This document shows positions 23,463 to 38,156 of a stretch of DNA of 64,000 bases, piece after piece (position 1 is the first letter of the stretch; each line of letters begins with the position of its first letter). This stretch comes from Lineus longissimus. Its lineage: Eukaryota. The notes under the pieces were generated by a model, which worked only from the letters and a program-made list of their open reading frames with translations, did no database searches and had not been told where the DNA came from. The stretch spans positions 2,852,001 through 2,916,000 of the forward strand of contig NC_088308.1 of the NCBI RefSeq assembly GCF_910592395.1. Reading direction: 5' to 3'. The translations under genes were made by a program, and so were the position numbers.

Positions 23463-26223
23463 GCATCTACACGACAAGTATTTCACACTGTATTGTACGA
23501 AGTCTATAACGTAGGCCCGTGTTTAAACAACTGGTTCTATGTATAGACAGAACGCTGTGACATCTGTTCTAGCCTATGAAGTGAATGATGTACTAAGCTC
23601 GATGTAATACTATCCCACTCGATCAAGAACAACTGGCCGGACAAAGGACCCCAAGGTGGCCACAGACAAGATTGCATAAGCTCATCAATACATAATCACG
23701 GATATTCTATGCGGGATAATTAGGGATCGCTGTGATGTCATGGTGTGTCACACCGTCCCCGAGGACAACAAACAACCCAAATTGATCTCGATCATTGAAA
23801 AGAAATTGGATAATTTTACATGGATCATCTGAAGAAAACATGATCTTTATTTCATAAGATATTTATGCTTATACGTAACCATAATCATCTTTTCTTTTGA
23901 CAGAGTTTTGTTGGAAATTATCTCTTAAATTGAAAAGAGTTTAAATCCGGTCCGAATTTCAAAGGGTTCTTAAGTTTAGATAAGGTTTATACAACTAGCA
24001 GAATAATATTGTTTCATTTTATTATATCAGTAGAGAATATGATCAGACTTGAATTCAAACAAAAAATACTGAACTTATTTTATGAAATATTAAATTCAAT
24101 CTCAAATTCAAAGGATACTAAATCATAATTTCATATCAATAAAATACCATATATGACTGAGCTAAATAAGAAGCAGTGTTTCTTTATCCACTGCACAAAA
24201 ACGAAAAACCCACAAAGAAATAACTCAAAGGGTATTGATTGTAGACTTTGGAGTTTCAAAATTTTTTCATTTATTTTTGGATACAATCATAGATTTCTGC
24301 AATCCAGTTATGTGACATTGATCGATCCAAGGTGCCCTTCCTAGATTCAAATTCACACATGTTTACCTCAAAAAGCATGATAAAGACTAAAGGAGTTTTA
24401 TATTTTGAACTAGTCTTAGATGCTACTTGCCACGAGGGAATAGCATTGGAAGCATTTGACAAGCAATTATATAGCTAATTGCCCCAAGAGTAGTTACCCA
24501 CATAATTAGCCACAGCTAGATGGAAATCAATGATGACTGCAGCTTGGCCAAGACTGAAGAATGAACTATATCAACTATATTGGTTTTATGTCAGAAAATG
24601 TATAATTTACCACCACAATAAATGCTCATCAAGAGATTTCTTGAAACAAATTGTCAGATTCTTTCAGATTCTTTTCATTTTTTTTCATTTGGCTATCCAA
24701 CACTTTGCAATCAGTGTTGCCATTAATCCTTGGAATCCTTGCCACAATTTGCCCTAAACGAGTTAATTAATTTCTGTCAATCAAAAAAGCAGGGTCTTCT
24801 TATTTATAGCTCTTACCAAAGTTCAGAGAGACCATGGGAACAGCAGATCAATGATAAAATAAAGGGACCACTAGAATCTTTGACCACCAAAAACACCATC
24901 AGCCCTTAAAGAGTTAAAACCTGTCCGTCAAAAAAGCCATCCGGCCAAATTGTCCTCAACTGGGGTCTCCGTAATAGCTCTTCTCCAGGCTCTGAGAGAC
25001 CGCCGGAACTGCAGATCAATGGCGATTATTGGGAGCACTGGTCTCCTTGACCACCTATGAAGGAGGTTGCACGATAACACTTTGAGCAGCTGAAGCAGCT
25101 GAGCTAGAGTAATGATCTTGTGTGACCCCTGGCTATTTAGGAATGAGGCGGTTGAGGGAATCGGCAAGTGCAACGCAGTTCATTGAACCTTGTCACATTC
25201 CAGCAATTAACCAGGAGTGAAAATGCACAGCTCATCTTTTTATAGTCGCAGCTAAAAATGTCTCCAACCTAAGTGACAGACTTGGCTGAAAACGAGTAAT
25301 CATAAGCTTACAGTTGCAGTGTGACCATTTGTAAGCAGGAACCGAGTAACCAAATTTGGAGCCTCGCTCATCTAGACGCTCATACGCAGCAGCATTTCCT
25401 CATCCCCAGTAACACAATAGACAGCTTCTTAATCAAATAAAGCCTCTGTAGTGTACCGTAGAGGGTCAAATAATCTAATGGATTACCTGATAGATCCGGT
25501 CCATCACAGATATGGTCTGGCCAGCACACTCAAAGCAGCGTGTGTAGTGAGGGGAGACAATGTGATGTGATGACATACCATATAGTTTGGTTTTGAGCCC
25601 CAGATCAATAAAAACTTTAGTTCAAAGAAATCCGACTAGTATTCCATGCGCCAGACCCCGAAATGAAATGGTCCAGACCACGTGGATGACAACAACGACA
25701 GAGGTGAGCCAATTATGCGGGCATGACCTACAAATCGACTATAGTTCACAGAGGAAATCAGTTGTGGACTGTCTATTGATGTTACCATCTGGTATTAGTA
25801 GAACCAAGTGATATTGATAGAACCAGCTGGTATTGATGGCTAACTGGTACCATCGTTCCTTGTTCATTGTTTATACGATGGTTGCATGAAGGAAACTATC
25901 AAGAAGGGACACAACACAACGAATATTTCATGGCATTTTAGCTGGCACTCAACTCCCAAGCTATACTGCTTCTAAGATTTTGAATGGTGAACCACCACGC
26001 CACCACTTTGATATCACAAAAGAAGCCATCCCGACCCCTATGCCAAAACCCGATACAGGGGTTGTTTGTTTGCCATATGTGGATCCATAAGGCCACAGAC
26101 ATAGTATAATGGAATCCATATTAGTTCCACTGATAATTACAAATCAGATGACGGGGCTATCGACAAAGGCAGGCGGATATCTTGTTAAGTGGATATTAGT
26201 GGCCGTGACTTACAAACATATTA

Positions 26224-26408
26224 CTGGGTGTTTCAGAATTTATTTGACAATTTTGATTTCTGATACTGACCTCCAAGACATTTTGTTTTGAAATGACCAT
26301 TTTGGAGAAATAGATCAGTTATACTCTTGATCTTTTGGTTGGATGACAGAAATTCTAACAACATAACAGAAGTCATGAAAATTGTCATATCCGTTTTGAA
26401 ACACCCAG
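26224..26408. mobile_element. Tc1/mariner-type MITE, 185 bp
   Basis: TA|CTGGGTGTTTCA ... TGAAACACCCAG|TA with perfect 12-bp TIRs. Subterminal tgacaatttt / aaaattgtca are also inverted. Confidence 0.9.
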
Positions 26409-28460
26409 TATATATTCAGATATAGGAAACATAGCGTATGGTAGACGCTGATATGCCCAGAGTGATGATGGTGAATAAATAGAAATAAGACAGATAGAGA
26501 GCAATATCTGAATCTATTGTGCCATTGCTTTGCTAGAGTCCCAGTGAGACCATATAAAAGTGCTTGGAAGGAATAGACAAAGAAACCTAGAAATTTGATA
26601 ACATAGAGCAGGATATTTACAATGGGGAAGGAATGGGTACAATTAGCTCAAAGAATGAGGTACGATTCTTTAGACTGATAAGCCTTGTGTTGCATTATCT
26701 TTATGGAAAAGGTGACATAACAATGAGTCTTGTGGTATTCTTTGACAAGCATGAGGCATGCATATACAGGAAGATGTGAAGCAACAAGAAGCATTGCTCA
26801 AAGGATGATGCCCACAGTATCTAAATTCTTTGGTTCCAGATAAACTAGATATGTCTAGAATGGGAAAACGTTATACGCAATGTTGAAGCTCAAAAGATCA
26901 GTTACTAGCGAATAGAGAGCAAAGGGACCTGCCAATACTACAAATAATGGCTGCATTTTATTCCTATTTCATCTGCTCTTGCTGTCTACAGGGCTATACC
27001 TGTATCTTGGCAAGTGGTACTTTCATCAAATCAAAATTTTCAGCGACGCCTGGCAGGCAGTATAGCCCCTTGATCCTGCCCTCCCCTACCCGAACCCTGC
27101 CCTCGCCATTATATGGTCTGTTGTTGACAATTGCTCATCTCCAACAACTTGGCTCATTACAATAATCGAGTAATCTCACAAGAGTATCAAAGATGCATTC
27201 AATCATCTTCAGCAACAGAATTTTGCATTGCCAAACTCAACTCCTTGTCAAGCCTGAGGTATTTTTTGACTAAACTGTCCGTCCTGATTGATAGCATCAT
27301 GGATGGGTTCATATTGCTCCTGATATTATTCATACAATTTCATGGGTCTTAGGAAGTTGTCCAATGCTCCAGTGGACAGCAATTTGACTCATCCAGTAAT
27401 GCATTAAATGGCTTACACTGTAGGATGAAACTGTTCGACCATTTTGTTTCCAATGTGGCCATTTTGATAAGCTTGGCCTTGGTTCAGAGATTCACTCGCT
27501 TTATAAATCAAGGCCAAGTGTGCCTGTTGATTCTTGGTTGGAATGGGTTCACGACACCAAGACACTGCAGAGGAGTAAATTGGTCAATAAAATATTCATC
27601 AGCAACTCTCATTAATGTCTGTTGAATAAATCATCAGGATCGTCGTTCCAACTGGTTGAACTGCTCGATCTATTGATTGACATTTGCTGGGGATAGTTTG
27701 AAACTGGAGAGTCAAATTCGACATCACAAGCACAGGCAAAGCAATGGCTCTCACTGTTTGGGAACTCATTCTCTATTAGTGTCATCAATTGGAACTAGAG
27801 ACTTCCCAAGATACTGCCTTGACCTTCAAGGAGATGCTCAAAACAATAGTATGCCCTCTCATTGTGGTCTGAAGAATTGACCACACTACAAACACTACCA
27901 ACGAAGATATATAGATGTATTCAAAGTCTTGCCCCACATATCATCCTGGAAGATGAATCACAGTAACATCATCAAGACTTCATCCCATCCTGATTCAATA
28001 ATAAGATTGGACACCTCTTTCTTTGTATTCCAATGATATGAATATTGATATAGGAGAGACCCTGCACCAGGTCTAATTACTTCAATGGTTTCAAGAGCAT
28101 CAGTCTCAGGTCCATATCCCTATTGGCCAGGCCAGTCTCTGAGCAGGCTTAAATATCATCTTGTCTCAGGACAAGCAGATTCATTTTCATCCATTCTTTA
28201 AAAGTTATTGGAATTTAACAGGGTCAAAATCTTACAAAGAGTTTACTAGCTGTTTCTCATCACAATAGTCTCGACAGTATATTCACTGTTCTCTAATTGA
28301 AAGCCAGTTTTGACAATCCTGACAACACCCCCCAACAGAATCCATCATGATACCGGAGGGAAGAAGCATGAGAGCAACAACTGAGTTCCAGATAAATGGA
28401 GTCATGGACAAGCTTGAAAAGACAGAGTGAATATAGTACACGCACTGAAAAGAATGATGT

Positions 28461-28546
28461 ACTCACGAGTACTTTCTGCTACTTCAGACAACCTCTATTG
28501 GTAACAATGTAGACTTACCTAGAAAAGAAGAGGGAGAATGGAGATA
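28461..28546 (-). other. Candidate recursive splice site (ratchet point) with 52-nt RS-exon
   Basis: Minus strand tatctccattctccctcttcttttctAG|GTAAGT (AG at 28520-28519). Second donor CTC|GTGAGT follows base 28467. Confidence 0.5.
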
Positions 28547-31500
28547 AATTGGGAGGAACTAAGATTACAATGTAAGACAAAAGTTATCAGAAATGATCAT
28601 GTATATGATTTAGATAAATTTTCTGGTAGGTTTGATGTTTTGAGCTCCCAATCAGGATCTTTATGGGAAACCTCCCAATTGAGAGTTCCAGCACAATTGG
28701 CTTCAGGGTAGAGGAGAAAGTCTTGAACATGTTGAATTGATGAAATATTGCTACATCTTCGACTATTTTAGAGTAGGCCAACTTGCCAGCTTCTTTTCCA
28801 ACAGATATGACAAACTTCAGCAGAGTGGTGCCATAGGGTTGACGTGGCAGGAACTCTCCATCTGAATGCAACCTCCAAATCGGGACGTTGCCCTGGTATA
28901 ATGATATGAGATTATTTCCAGTGATTCTGCTGGAGTACTGAGCATCAAAGGCTTAAATGCAATTTTAATTTTTCTCCTCAGCCTTGATGCTTTTAGCTTT
29001 ACTGATGTTTGACCCTATGCTATTATGACACTGATCCCAGCAGTCTCATCAAGTAATCTCCAGTTTCTGCCGGGCTAGTCATATAGCCATTATCCTTTCA
29101 TCTAAATGGCCACCATTAATAACATTCTGAAATGCGCAGCAATCACTCCTGTAACATCCTGGATGAGAGTAAGGATATAAACGACATTGGTATTAGAGGA
29201 CACTAATGACATAGGTTTTATCATATGTCCAGCCATCTTAACCATAGGTCACTTTTTGCCTCCATATGGAACCATCTGATGGTATGATATTGACAAAGAA
29301 CAATTTTCAGAACCAAATATACCAAAGGCTGGAACCCAAGGATGTTTTTAAACTATTATTCTCTCTGCAAGAATGGGGGTGATAATCCCACTTGCATCTA
29401 AGCTTCCATTAGTATTATTTATGGCTCATTTAGTGTTTCTGATATGAAGATGATTTAGAAACACCATTACCAAGACACTAACTTCGCTATCCAGTATTAA
29501 CATGAAATTAAGATTCTGTAAGATATCTCATAAATATATGTAAGTGTCTCATAAATATTGGCAAAATTGAGGCCAAAGAAATACAACTTAGAAAAGGCAA
29601 TAACTCTGTACAATACAGGGCCACATAAAAATCTCGTTACAAAACTTACATCAGGAAAAGAATGTTGGAAATCTGGTTAGAGATCATAAACAAAGAATAA
29701 CAGTGCAAATTGTAAGAGCAAAATCATAAACAAACCATCAGAAATATCTAATAGCACTCAAATGAGCCATTTGAGACAGCTGGATTCCCATGTTACGGAA
29801 TTCTGCATGGTAACAATAGTACATTGGCAGAGAGTTCTCTCCTTGATTTAACTGTAAGAACTCCTGCTTCTGATTAGAAATATCACTTTAAGTATATTGC
29901 TGGCTGATATTTTGGTTGACGAAAGCAGGCACTTCTGCAGATTTTGGTTGACTTACTGCTGTTCAGACTGACCAAGGACAAAAGTGGTGTTTCCCCCTTC
30001 CCCCATGACTAAAAAGCAAGCTGAAGGTCTGAGCATGCCACCACACTCTACAATCTCCTAACATTTCAAAGTTCCTTTCAAAAAACAAATTTGATGACCT
30101 TGACAGCTACAAGGTAGTCAGTAAGCTATCGAATGAACCAGCCTTTTGAAATCAAATGTGGCTTGTCAGTCCTAGCATATACTTTTTCATCGGAAGAAAA
30201 ATCTTTGGGTGAGACTTGAGACTTGCAATGACAACTCACAAGGGTATCATAAAACAAACACAGTTGCATTTTGGGATACATGAAGCCGCCTCGGCAGACA
30301 CCAGAGGAATCACGCGGTGGTCTGATATCACACCAACAAATTGGATACTATCTGATCTTTGCCGCATGCCAAAATCTGATGCTCAAAACGTCAAAGTATT
30401 CCCTTAGGGAGCTATGGTTGCTTTAAGCTAATAGAGTAGGAACTATGCGGGAGTAATCCCTTGGGGTTAGATATACCACCTCTACTTTATCTTGCACAAC
30501 AGTTGCTGTTGTTGCATTTGTTCTGGTGACACATCGCTGATTGGCTGAAAAGTCTTTGTACGTGGGTGTTACTTCGAAGGTCGCAGCAGGGAAAATTGCT
30601 CGTTTGTGCAGGGCTTTAGAGCACAAAGGTTGTGTGATAGTTGTCCTACTGCACGTCACTGCTCTTTACCAGTTCACATGGGCCAAAATTGTGAGTTAGC
30701 AACGTAATCAATCCGAAACAAATATTCCTAAGAACAAAACACAAAGGTACCACTTAATTATTATCAGCAAGCAGCCTTCAAAAGATCTGCAACACCATCT
30801 CTTCTGCAAGCCGTCCCTATGACCCAATGGTTTCAAATTGGACATCCCCATGTCCAAAAGGGTCGTTACTGTAGCTAATACCCCTGGGGCATATGTGTCA
30901 TATGTAATCCACCCGATCGTTTCCCACCACTCTTGTAAGATCACTAACATATCTATCACCGTAATGCGCAATCAGTGCCGTGATTTGTGTAACAGTTTCA
31001 GCGGAGATCGCAATCATGTCTTTCCCATGATATGTCATGTTGGCTAATTCAACCCATAGTATGTTAGGTGAAGTTAAGTATACCATGGAGAGGTGTAAAA
31101 ATGTTTTTGTGACGGATAGAGCTGTGTGCATCTGATACAAGCAAAACAGGTTGTGGTAGCATCGTTATTAGACTAGTAATTCAAAGTGAAAAGGAAATGT
31201 TTTGCTACTGCTGAGAGCACCAACACCAAGGGCTTCCTTTTTGTGTGAATGAAATTTACTAGGTTACTGTTGATAGATGAAGTTGTTGGCGCTGTCATAC
31301 GGGCCCTAAAGGTACTTGATTAACTGCGCTATCTACCAGGATTTACCAACAGTCCCATTCCTCACTGAAACGAAATTAAAATTGAATTGTACTCTGCCTG
31401 CTGCAAGTCCACTGGTTATCTGGTATCAAGTTCTCTGCAGACACCGCTGTAGAAGGTAATTTTTAGTCTAATATGATCAAATGACAGGCAATGCAACTAA

Positions 31501-31924
31501 CATTGACTACCATGATACGATAAAAAGGCATCCTAAATCTGGTTACAACTTAAAATGTTTACGACCAAATCCAAATGAAAAGTGCTTTAGCTAATGATGC
31601 TAGCTTTAATCAAGAATTTAGAAGGATGTTCATCAAGTTCATAGCAATGACATTAATGTCGTAGATTTCAGCTGGGGCTTCTCATGCAATCAGGGTAATA
31701 GCACGGAAATGGCAGCAAAGGTGAATAGGCATAAATAAGATTTCTCACTTTTTTTCCGTGAATTGCCATCACTTTATTCTATATTTATAACCTCAACTAA
31801 AGATTTTATCAAAGAAGGAGTGGAAAGTTTGAATGCCAAGCCAGTATTATGATGGCAGAACACCAAATCTACATATACAACATATTTTTCAGAGATGTCC
31901 AGAGTCCGTAGTCCAGAACTCATA

Positions 31925-32242
31925 CTCCACACATCCACAGTAAGCCTTAGAAACAAACACATTCCCAAGACAAGGAGCAGCCGCCATATTCTGATATCAA
32001 GGAAGCTTTCTGGCAAATCTGGCCTTTACAAGGAAGTCACCTAATAGTCTCAAGCCCAAATCGTACATCTAAAGTATGCCTCAGACAAAAGAAAAAGGAC
32101 ATACTCTGATATCGGGAAAGAAAACTTTCCCGCTCCTTTACAACCAAAGAGTCACCTCATAGTCTCAAGGGCAAAACCTTACATCCGGAGTATGGCTCAG
32201 CTCAACACATTCCCATGTCAAGGAGAGTGCATCCCGATATCC
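31925..32242. repeat. Diverged tandem repeat, ~115-130-bp unit, ~2.5 copies
   Basis: AGTCACCT-ATAGTCTCAAG at 32035 and 32150. AACACATTCCCA at 31955 and 32204. gatatc recurs three times. Confidence 0.75.
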
Positions 32243-34079
32243 TCACCACTTGAGCACTTCAAAGGGGGCAGCGATATGGACAAGTTTCTCCTCAACTTGC
32301 GGACATCACTCATTGCTCTCAGGCCGGGAGAGGGTATATGAGATTGTGCTTCTGCAGGCAGGTGAGGACAGGGAGCATGCAGCCACAATCCACACCCCTT
32401 TCAGCGAGGTAAAGCAATGTGTCCATATCACGCTTAAACACAAATATTGGGACAATGAATCTGTCAACTTCACTACAAAACCATGCTGCCCTCCTTGCCC
32501 CATGGTGACTATACACTGATTATGTTCCAGGATCCAGCCATAGTAATCCCCTCCAGGGTGTACCAAGCCAGACATCCTAAGCGACCAACCTACATGTCAT
32601 CCCATGTATGTCTTCCTTCCTTAATAACAGTGACAAGCTCATCAGAATGCCATCATGAAAATGGGTGAGGAGAATGAGATATGTCACAGTAGTGGCAGCT
32701 AGGGATGAGATGGGGTACATCCAAGGCATTGATCTTTCAAAATCATGAAGTGGCATAAATTCTTGAAGACTACCCAATCTTTTCAACTGAACCTTCATCC
32801 CAAACTGCTTTTCGTGCAAAAACATCTCAGCTTTAAGAAATGTGAGAAAAATGTGGCTCCTAAAAAACTTATCTTGGCCAACAAAATCACACAGATGGAA
32901 TTCGTAGAGCATAGCTAGAACTTGTAGCACTGCAAAATGGGACGGAAAACCTGCCTACCCAATAAATTTTGGCCAACAGAATTATCCAGACAGAATTCTA
33001 GCTTGGGAACTTTTGCAAAATTCTAGCAAATTACATTTGAGATTGTCACATCATATTTTGTGAAAGTCCTTGACTCGGCTGTTGCTGCTGCCTGGAGCTA
33101 TCGTCTCAGCTGCCTATAGGAAATAATGGGTTGAACGATCAATCCCCAATGCCTTTGAATGTAATACACAAATTAAATTAGACATAACTCAATAATATCG
33201 TCAATTTTGCAGACGAAGGAAGAATGGCTTTTTGCACTGCTGTAGCATGAAATGCAATCAGAACGCTGTGAATTTTTACGCATTCTTTACTCAAGATGCG
33301 TGTGATTGTATATTGTCGTCAAAAAGATGTTACAACTCGGATAAGATTAGGAGCGAGATTTATAAATCTGATAAGAGTTGCCTCGCGGGGTTATGGAGTA
33401 TCAGCTGGAGGTTTGCAGAACAGTCATGCAACATAGATTTTAAAAGTGCATTAAACATGCCCTGGAAGACGATCTAGAATGACAAAGTGCTTTGAGCAAG
33501 GAATTGTCCATAAAAAAGCTTCACATGAGAAATCAGACTTTTCCAAAAAATTACATTCTCTTCTGATGCACTTGACAACTTGGCAAAGAAATGATTGTGT
33601 TACACGACCAACTAATTTTCCAGAGGAGATATTTAGACATCAAGCTCTAAATTCTATTCTACTTGCTGATGATAGTGCTTTATCAATGCCAGCTGGATCG
33701 CACAGCTCACTCTTACAGTATTCTACTCATTTAGTGCCAATAAAGCAGTCATCATGTGTAAAGAAGTCGCCATCTAAGAATGAAACACTACTAAGCAGGT
33801 AATTAATCACTATTAATGGTCATTTACCTGTATTTGCTACAATCAAACACACCACATATGTCATGTCAGTAATATCAATATTTGTCATGGCATAATCGTT
33901 TGTGATGGAAGTGGTTATATCATTATATCAAAGACTTAACCATTTGATGCATTAATGCCAAATGCTAATTAAAACATGATTATATTCCTCCTTTTTTGGC
34001 ACAGAATGTTGCGATGTGATTGTTTTTCTACTCTTGATTGTCTAATGCAGGATATAGATTAACGGCTGCCTTTGAGGGG

Positions 34080-34345
34080 ATGATGGAGAATGATGGAATA
34101 TCCCGCATTGGTCATACCTCTGACTGTCTATGGGAGAATGTGTTGAGAATAATGGAACTACCAGCACTGGTCAAACCGCTGACTGTCTGTAGGAGAATGG
34201 ATGGAGAATGATGGAACATCCAGCATTGGTCAAACATCTGTCTGTTGGATAATGACTAAGCATTCAGGATTGGTCAAACATCTGTCTGTTGGATAATGAC
34301 TAAGCATTCAGGATTGGTCAAACATCTGTCCATGAGAGAATGACA
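34080..34345. repeat. Compound minisatellite (~60-bp unit grading into a 44-bp unit)
   Basis: gagaat(g/a)atggaa...tggtca three times, then attggtcaaacatctgtctgttggataatgactaagcattcagg twice. Confidence 0.9.
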
Positions 34346-37300
34346 GAGCAACCAAGATAGACCTTAGGAAAGTGTAAGGTAACTGACATGCCTATCTATC
34401 TCGCTGAACTGAGACAGCTTATGAGCAAAATGATGATATCATCCTTACCTTCAAAGAATGGTGTGACCAAATCAGCTTCATGAAAGATAGCATGACAGTT
34501 TCTCTTATTCTCTGACATGTCTCCTAAAATAATACAAAACTTACGGAATGAGATGTGACGTTTGTGGCACTGTGGTATTTTCTATCCAGCCGAGATGATT
34601 GATTGGTTACCTGAGCCCTCTGGCATGCACCTGATCAAACCAAATGAAAGATTGATTGCACTTTATGGGGAACGGTTTTGCTATCTAGAAAATACTCTCA
34701 GAAATGACAGTAAACTTTTGAGATGTGGATAATACCATGACAGAAATGAAAATAAAACCTTTGAGATTTGGAAAAGAAATAAGTGTAAAACATCTAACAA
34801 AGTGCCAGCCCTCTTTCATATCTTACCAGTATGCTAGCTCTAGGGTTTGTCTTTAAAAGAAGCTACATGTAGACCCTGAAGCTCCTGAGCTAAAGACTCA
34901 AAGACACAAGTCGGGAATACGTCAACACTTCCTTCGAACACACTTGAGAGACACACAAGCTTCATCTAATTGGCTACCACTGTCTCAAACTACCATGTTT
35001 TTCGAAAAAATCCATACCTGATTACAACTTCTCCTCTATGATGTGACACTTATACCAAACTAAACATAGTATGTGATCATTATCTTAGGGAAACGGGGTG
35101 ATTACCATCGAATCAGATCACTCGCGCTTAAGGCGATATTTAAGTGAGATAGCGCCAATGAATACTGAGAGTGAGTGTATCCTCTTGGGACGTCGAGATG
35201 ATATCTGACATTTATAAATCAGGAATTTGTAATTCGAAGTTGGAAAGATATTGCAGAGATATTGACATCACCAATTAGCATTTTATACGCTACACTTTTT
35301 TTTAATGTGCAGTGTATAGAAATAGTTTTAAATGCCAACTCAACTCTGGTTCATAGCAGTAACAGGATTTCTCTTTCATTGGGAGTGGAGGGATAAATTT
35401 GCATCACATCTTCTTCAGGCTCATTCTAAGCTGGTTATGAGAGCGCTCTCTTTAGCCAGAAAGCTCATGACAAACTTATGTTTCCGGTACCTCCTAAACT
35501 TATGGGTCAGGAAAGATTTTAAACAAGGGCTGGTGTTTCCCAGAGTTCATTCCCTTTTAGCATCTCAACGCAGTGCTATGATGTCATGTTGACGTCGAGA
35601 ACCAAATTCACCTCACTTGTTCAAAATTTCCACACATAACATGCAATATACCACAAATTGGCCATAATTTGTGATGGAAAGTTACAGCAGCAATTACTGA
35701 TAATGTCAACTGATCATTCATACAGTAAGAGCAACAAGAAACCTTTCAAAATACACCAAACCTTCCACAGGTCTAAAGCTTGTGAAAGGTTATCGCTATC
35801 GTATGATACCTCATTCTGCGTGACGAATAGAGCAAGGTTGGTTCCTTCCTCAGAGGTATATTAGTAAGGCAAAGCTTCCTTCCTCATCGATCAGGAAACT
35901 CAAGAGCTGCCAAGGTGACTTTCTTCGCACGATTTTTCGCGTAAAAAGATGAATGATCTGTTGATGGCTGATTCAGTTTGTTATTGTAGCTTTCTCCCGC
36001 TAATAGTGTGGTACGGTTTATAGGATAATCTTTCCATTTTGCTACTCCAACAGCCTAAAGACTCTTCAACTACAATCCCTCCTGTTTTAGGAATACAGCA
36101 TTTTTTTGGAAAGGATTTGCCTTTTGTGTTCACAAAAGTCACTTGCGACTTTCTCGTTTATCCGCCACGCTAAATATCTTCCCATATGCTGCTGACATAC
36201 AGGAGAAATTGCTGGTATTGTAATTTGGCTGGGAGAGGATTATTCACTCAGGATTCTCTTTGATGCGGAGAACACTTAAGAAGACTAGCAAATGAGTTTG
36301 AAATCGATTTCTTTAGTTTCTTAGCAAGAGAGTTGATTAGATTTTGTCTCAATCGTTGACTTCAAGACCAAACTGAAGTAATTTAACAGCATTTTAGCAA
36401 CGGCGGCAGGGTGGGCACTAATGCTTTCTATGTAGAAGTCAATTGAACATTTCAGGCTTGATATGATCATTCTTAATGAAAGTCACGGGACTCCTTTTTT
36501 TCTTCAAACTCATATTTGACTTTGATTATTGAATTTCATATTGCTCGTTATGGCATCTTTTCAGGTTAAGTAAGACCAGTTGGTATAGCTTAGCCAAGTG
36601 CTAAAAACAAATCTTTACACCATTCTTCTTCTGCTTCCTCTCCTCCTTCCTTTAACCATCTCTCTGCTTCTGATTGACGAGATTTCCTTTCCAAGGACGA
36701 ACATTACAAACGACAAAGCTATCCACATGCTTTTGTTTGATCTCTAATGGCTGCCATGTCATTTGATCAACCCTAAGTGGTCTCTGGTCTGGTGTTGTTG
36801 AAAACATCGACTTGTCACCCAAAAAGGAAATTATGATCAGGTTGCAGACTTGAACGCTGATAGATAAATGCGGGTAAAAGTTTTGCCTGTTAGGTGGCTT
36901 TTTGCGAGGAAATGACTATTGGCAGGTATGATGATGGAGTTTTCTAGGGTTCAATCCAATGCCAAACTGTGCACTTTCAGGATGATTAAACCTGAAACTC
37001 GGATATTCTGGCACAGCACTCCAGTTGAAGCCTGCACAGGAATGGCCCAAACCTCATGATCAACTGTATAATTGCCTCAGTTATGCCAATGAAGGACCAA
37101 TCTTTGCTTTCATGAACCATCTCCAAACACTCCCTCTGTCTGATCCCTGAACATTACTAAAAGCTTCCTTCATGGCATCAGCCGTCATACTATATTGTCG
37201 TCAACATCCCATCTGGTTGTAGCAGACGACGCCCATAAACATCAAGCACATTAGCACTGTGTTAGCATAGCGTCTACAAAGCGTCTTAGCGCACTATTGA

Positions 37301-38094
37301 CTGGCGGTAGAGGCAGCAAAAAAACTAGCAGGTGTAGACCTATCCGGCTAATAGCAGGGTAAGAAAAAATGGCAAGGCAGAAACCCTTCTTGACACTGTG
37401 GTGATGGCAGTGTTGTGAGACAGGTTTTGTGTGCTTAGAGTGGATTTTGGTGAAGATGGTTTGTGATCATACCACTAGTCACAGAGCCATGATGTATATC
37501 CTCCCAGCAGGTCGACAAACTGCCAAGTGTTGATGAGGTGAGAATGGACCGTTTGGGATACCTAAATCGGCTGAAAGTGCTGTTGGGATATGGGATAAGC
37601 AGTGGATTGCAACTGGATTTTGCCAAAATTGCTTGAGGTGAGACTGGAACAGGGTCTTTTTTCAGGACGTCAGGACAGGTCCCCCCCCTCTCTTCCCTAT
37701 ACATCACAGAGAAACAACAAAGCAACCTCAGCCTTATCTTTGAACAGTTAGTCATGACCGGCATCTTTGGTTAATGGTGAAATTTTTAATGGAACTCTTA
37801 AGTTTTTCATTAAACTCATAACGCCATATTAAGCAATGTTTATAGCTTGGAGTCATCGGGAGTGTTTCTGCTTATTCGATTGGAATAGGAGCCCGTAGTA
37901 ATGAAGTGAAACTTATCACATGTGAAAACCGATAATACCTTCTAGCAAAATGTTACGGATGAAATTAACAAATTCCAATGCGCTCAAGCAGTTTTTCTTC
38001 TCACGATGAAGATTTTAATCAGCAAAGCGTTCATTACAAATTAAAAGAAAGGCAAAGTGATATTCTTTATGAACTTTGATGCAGCATCATAAGT

Positions 38095-38156
38095 TGTAAA
38101 GGCTATCTGTAAAGGTTATTTGTAAAGGCTATCTGTAAAGGCTATCAGTAAAGGTT
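38095..38156. repeat. 13-bp minisatellite (TGTAAAGGCTATC), ~4.7 copies
   Basis: Direct reading. Confidence 0.95.

Noticed and set aside
28270..28446. Acceptor 22 nt after the RS-exon donor and a short hydrophobic ORF (MTPFIWNSVVALMLLPSG...)
   Set aside because: 22 nt is too short for an intron, and the ORF has no further support.
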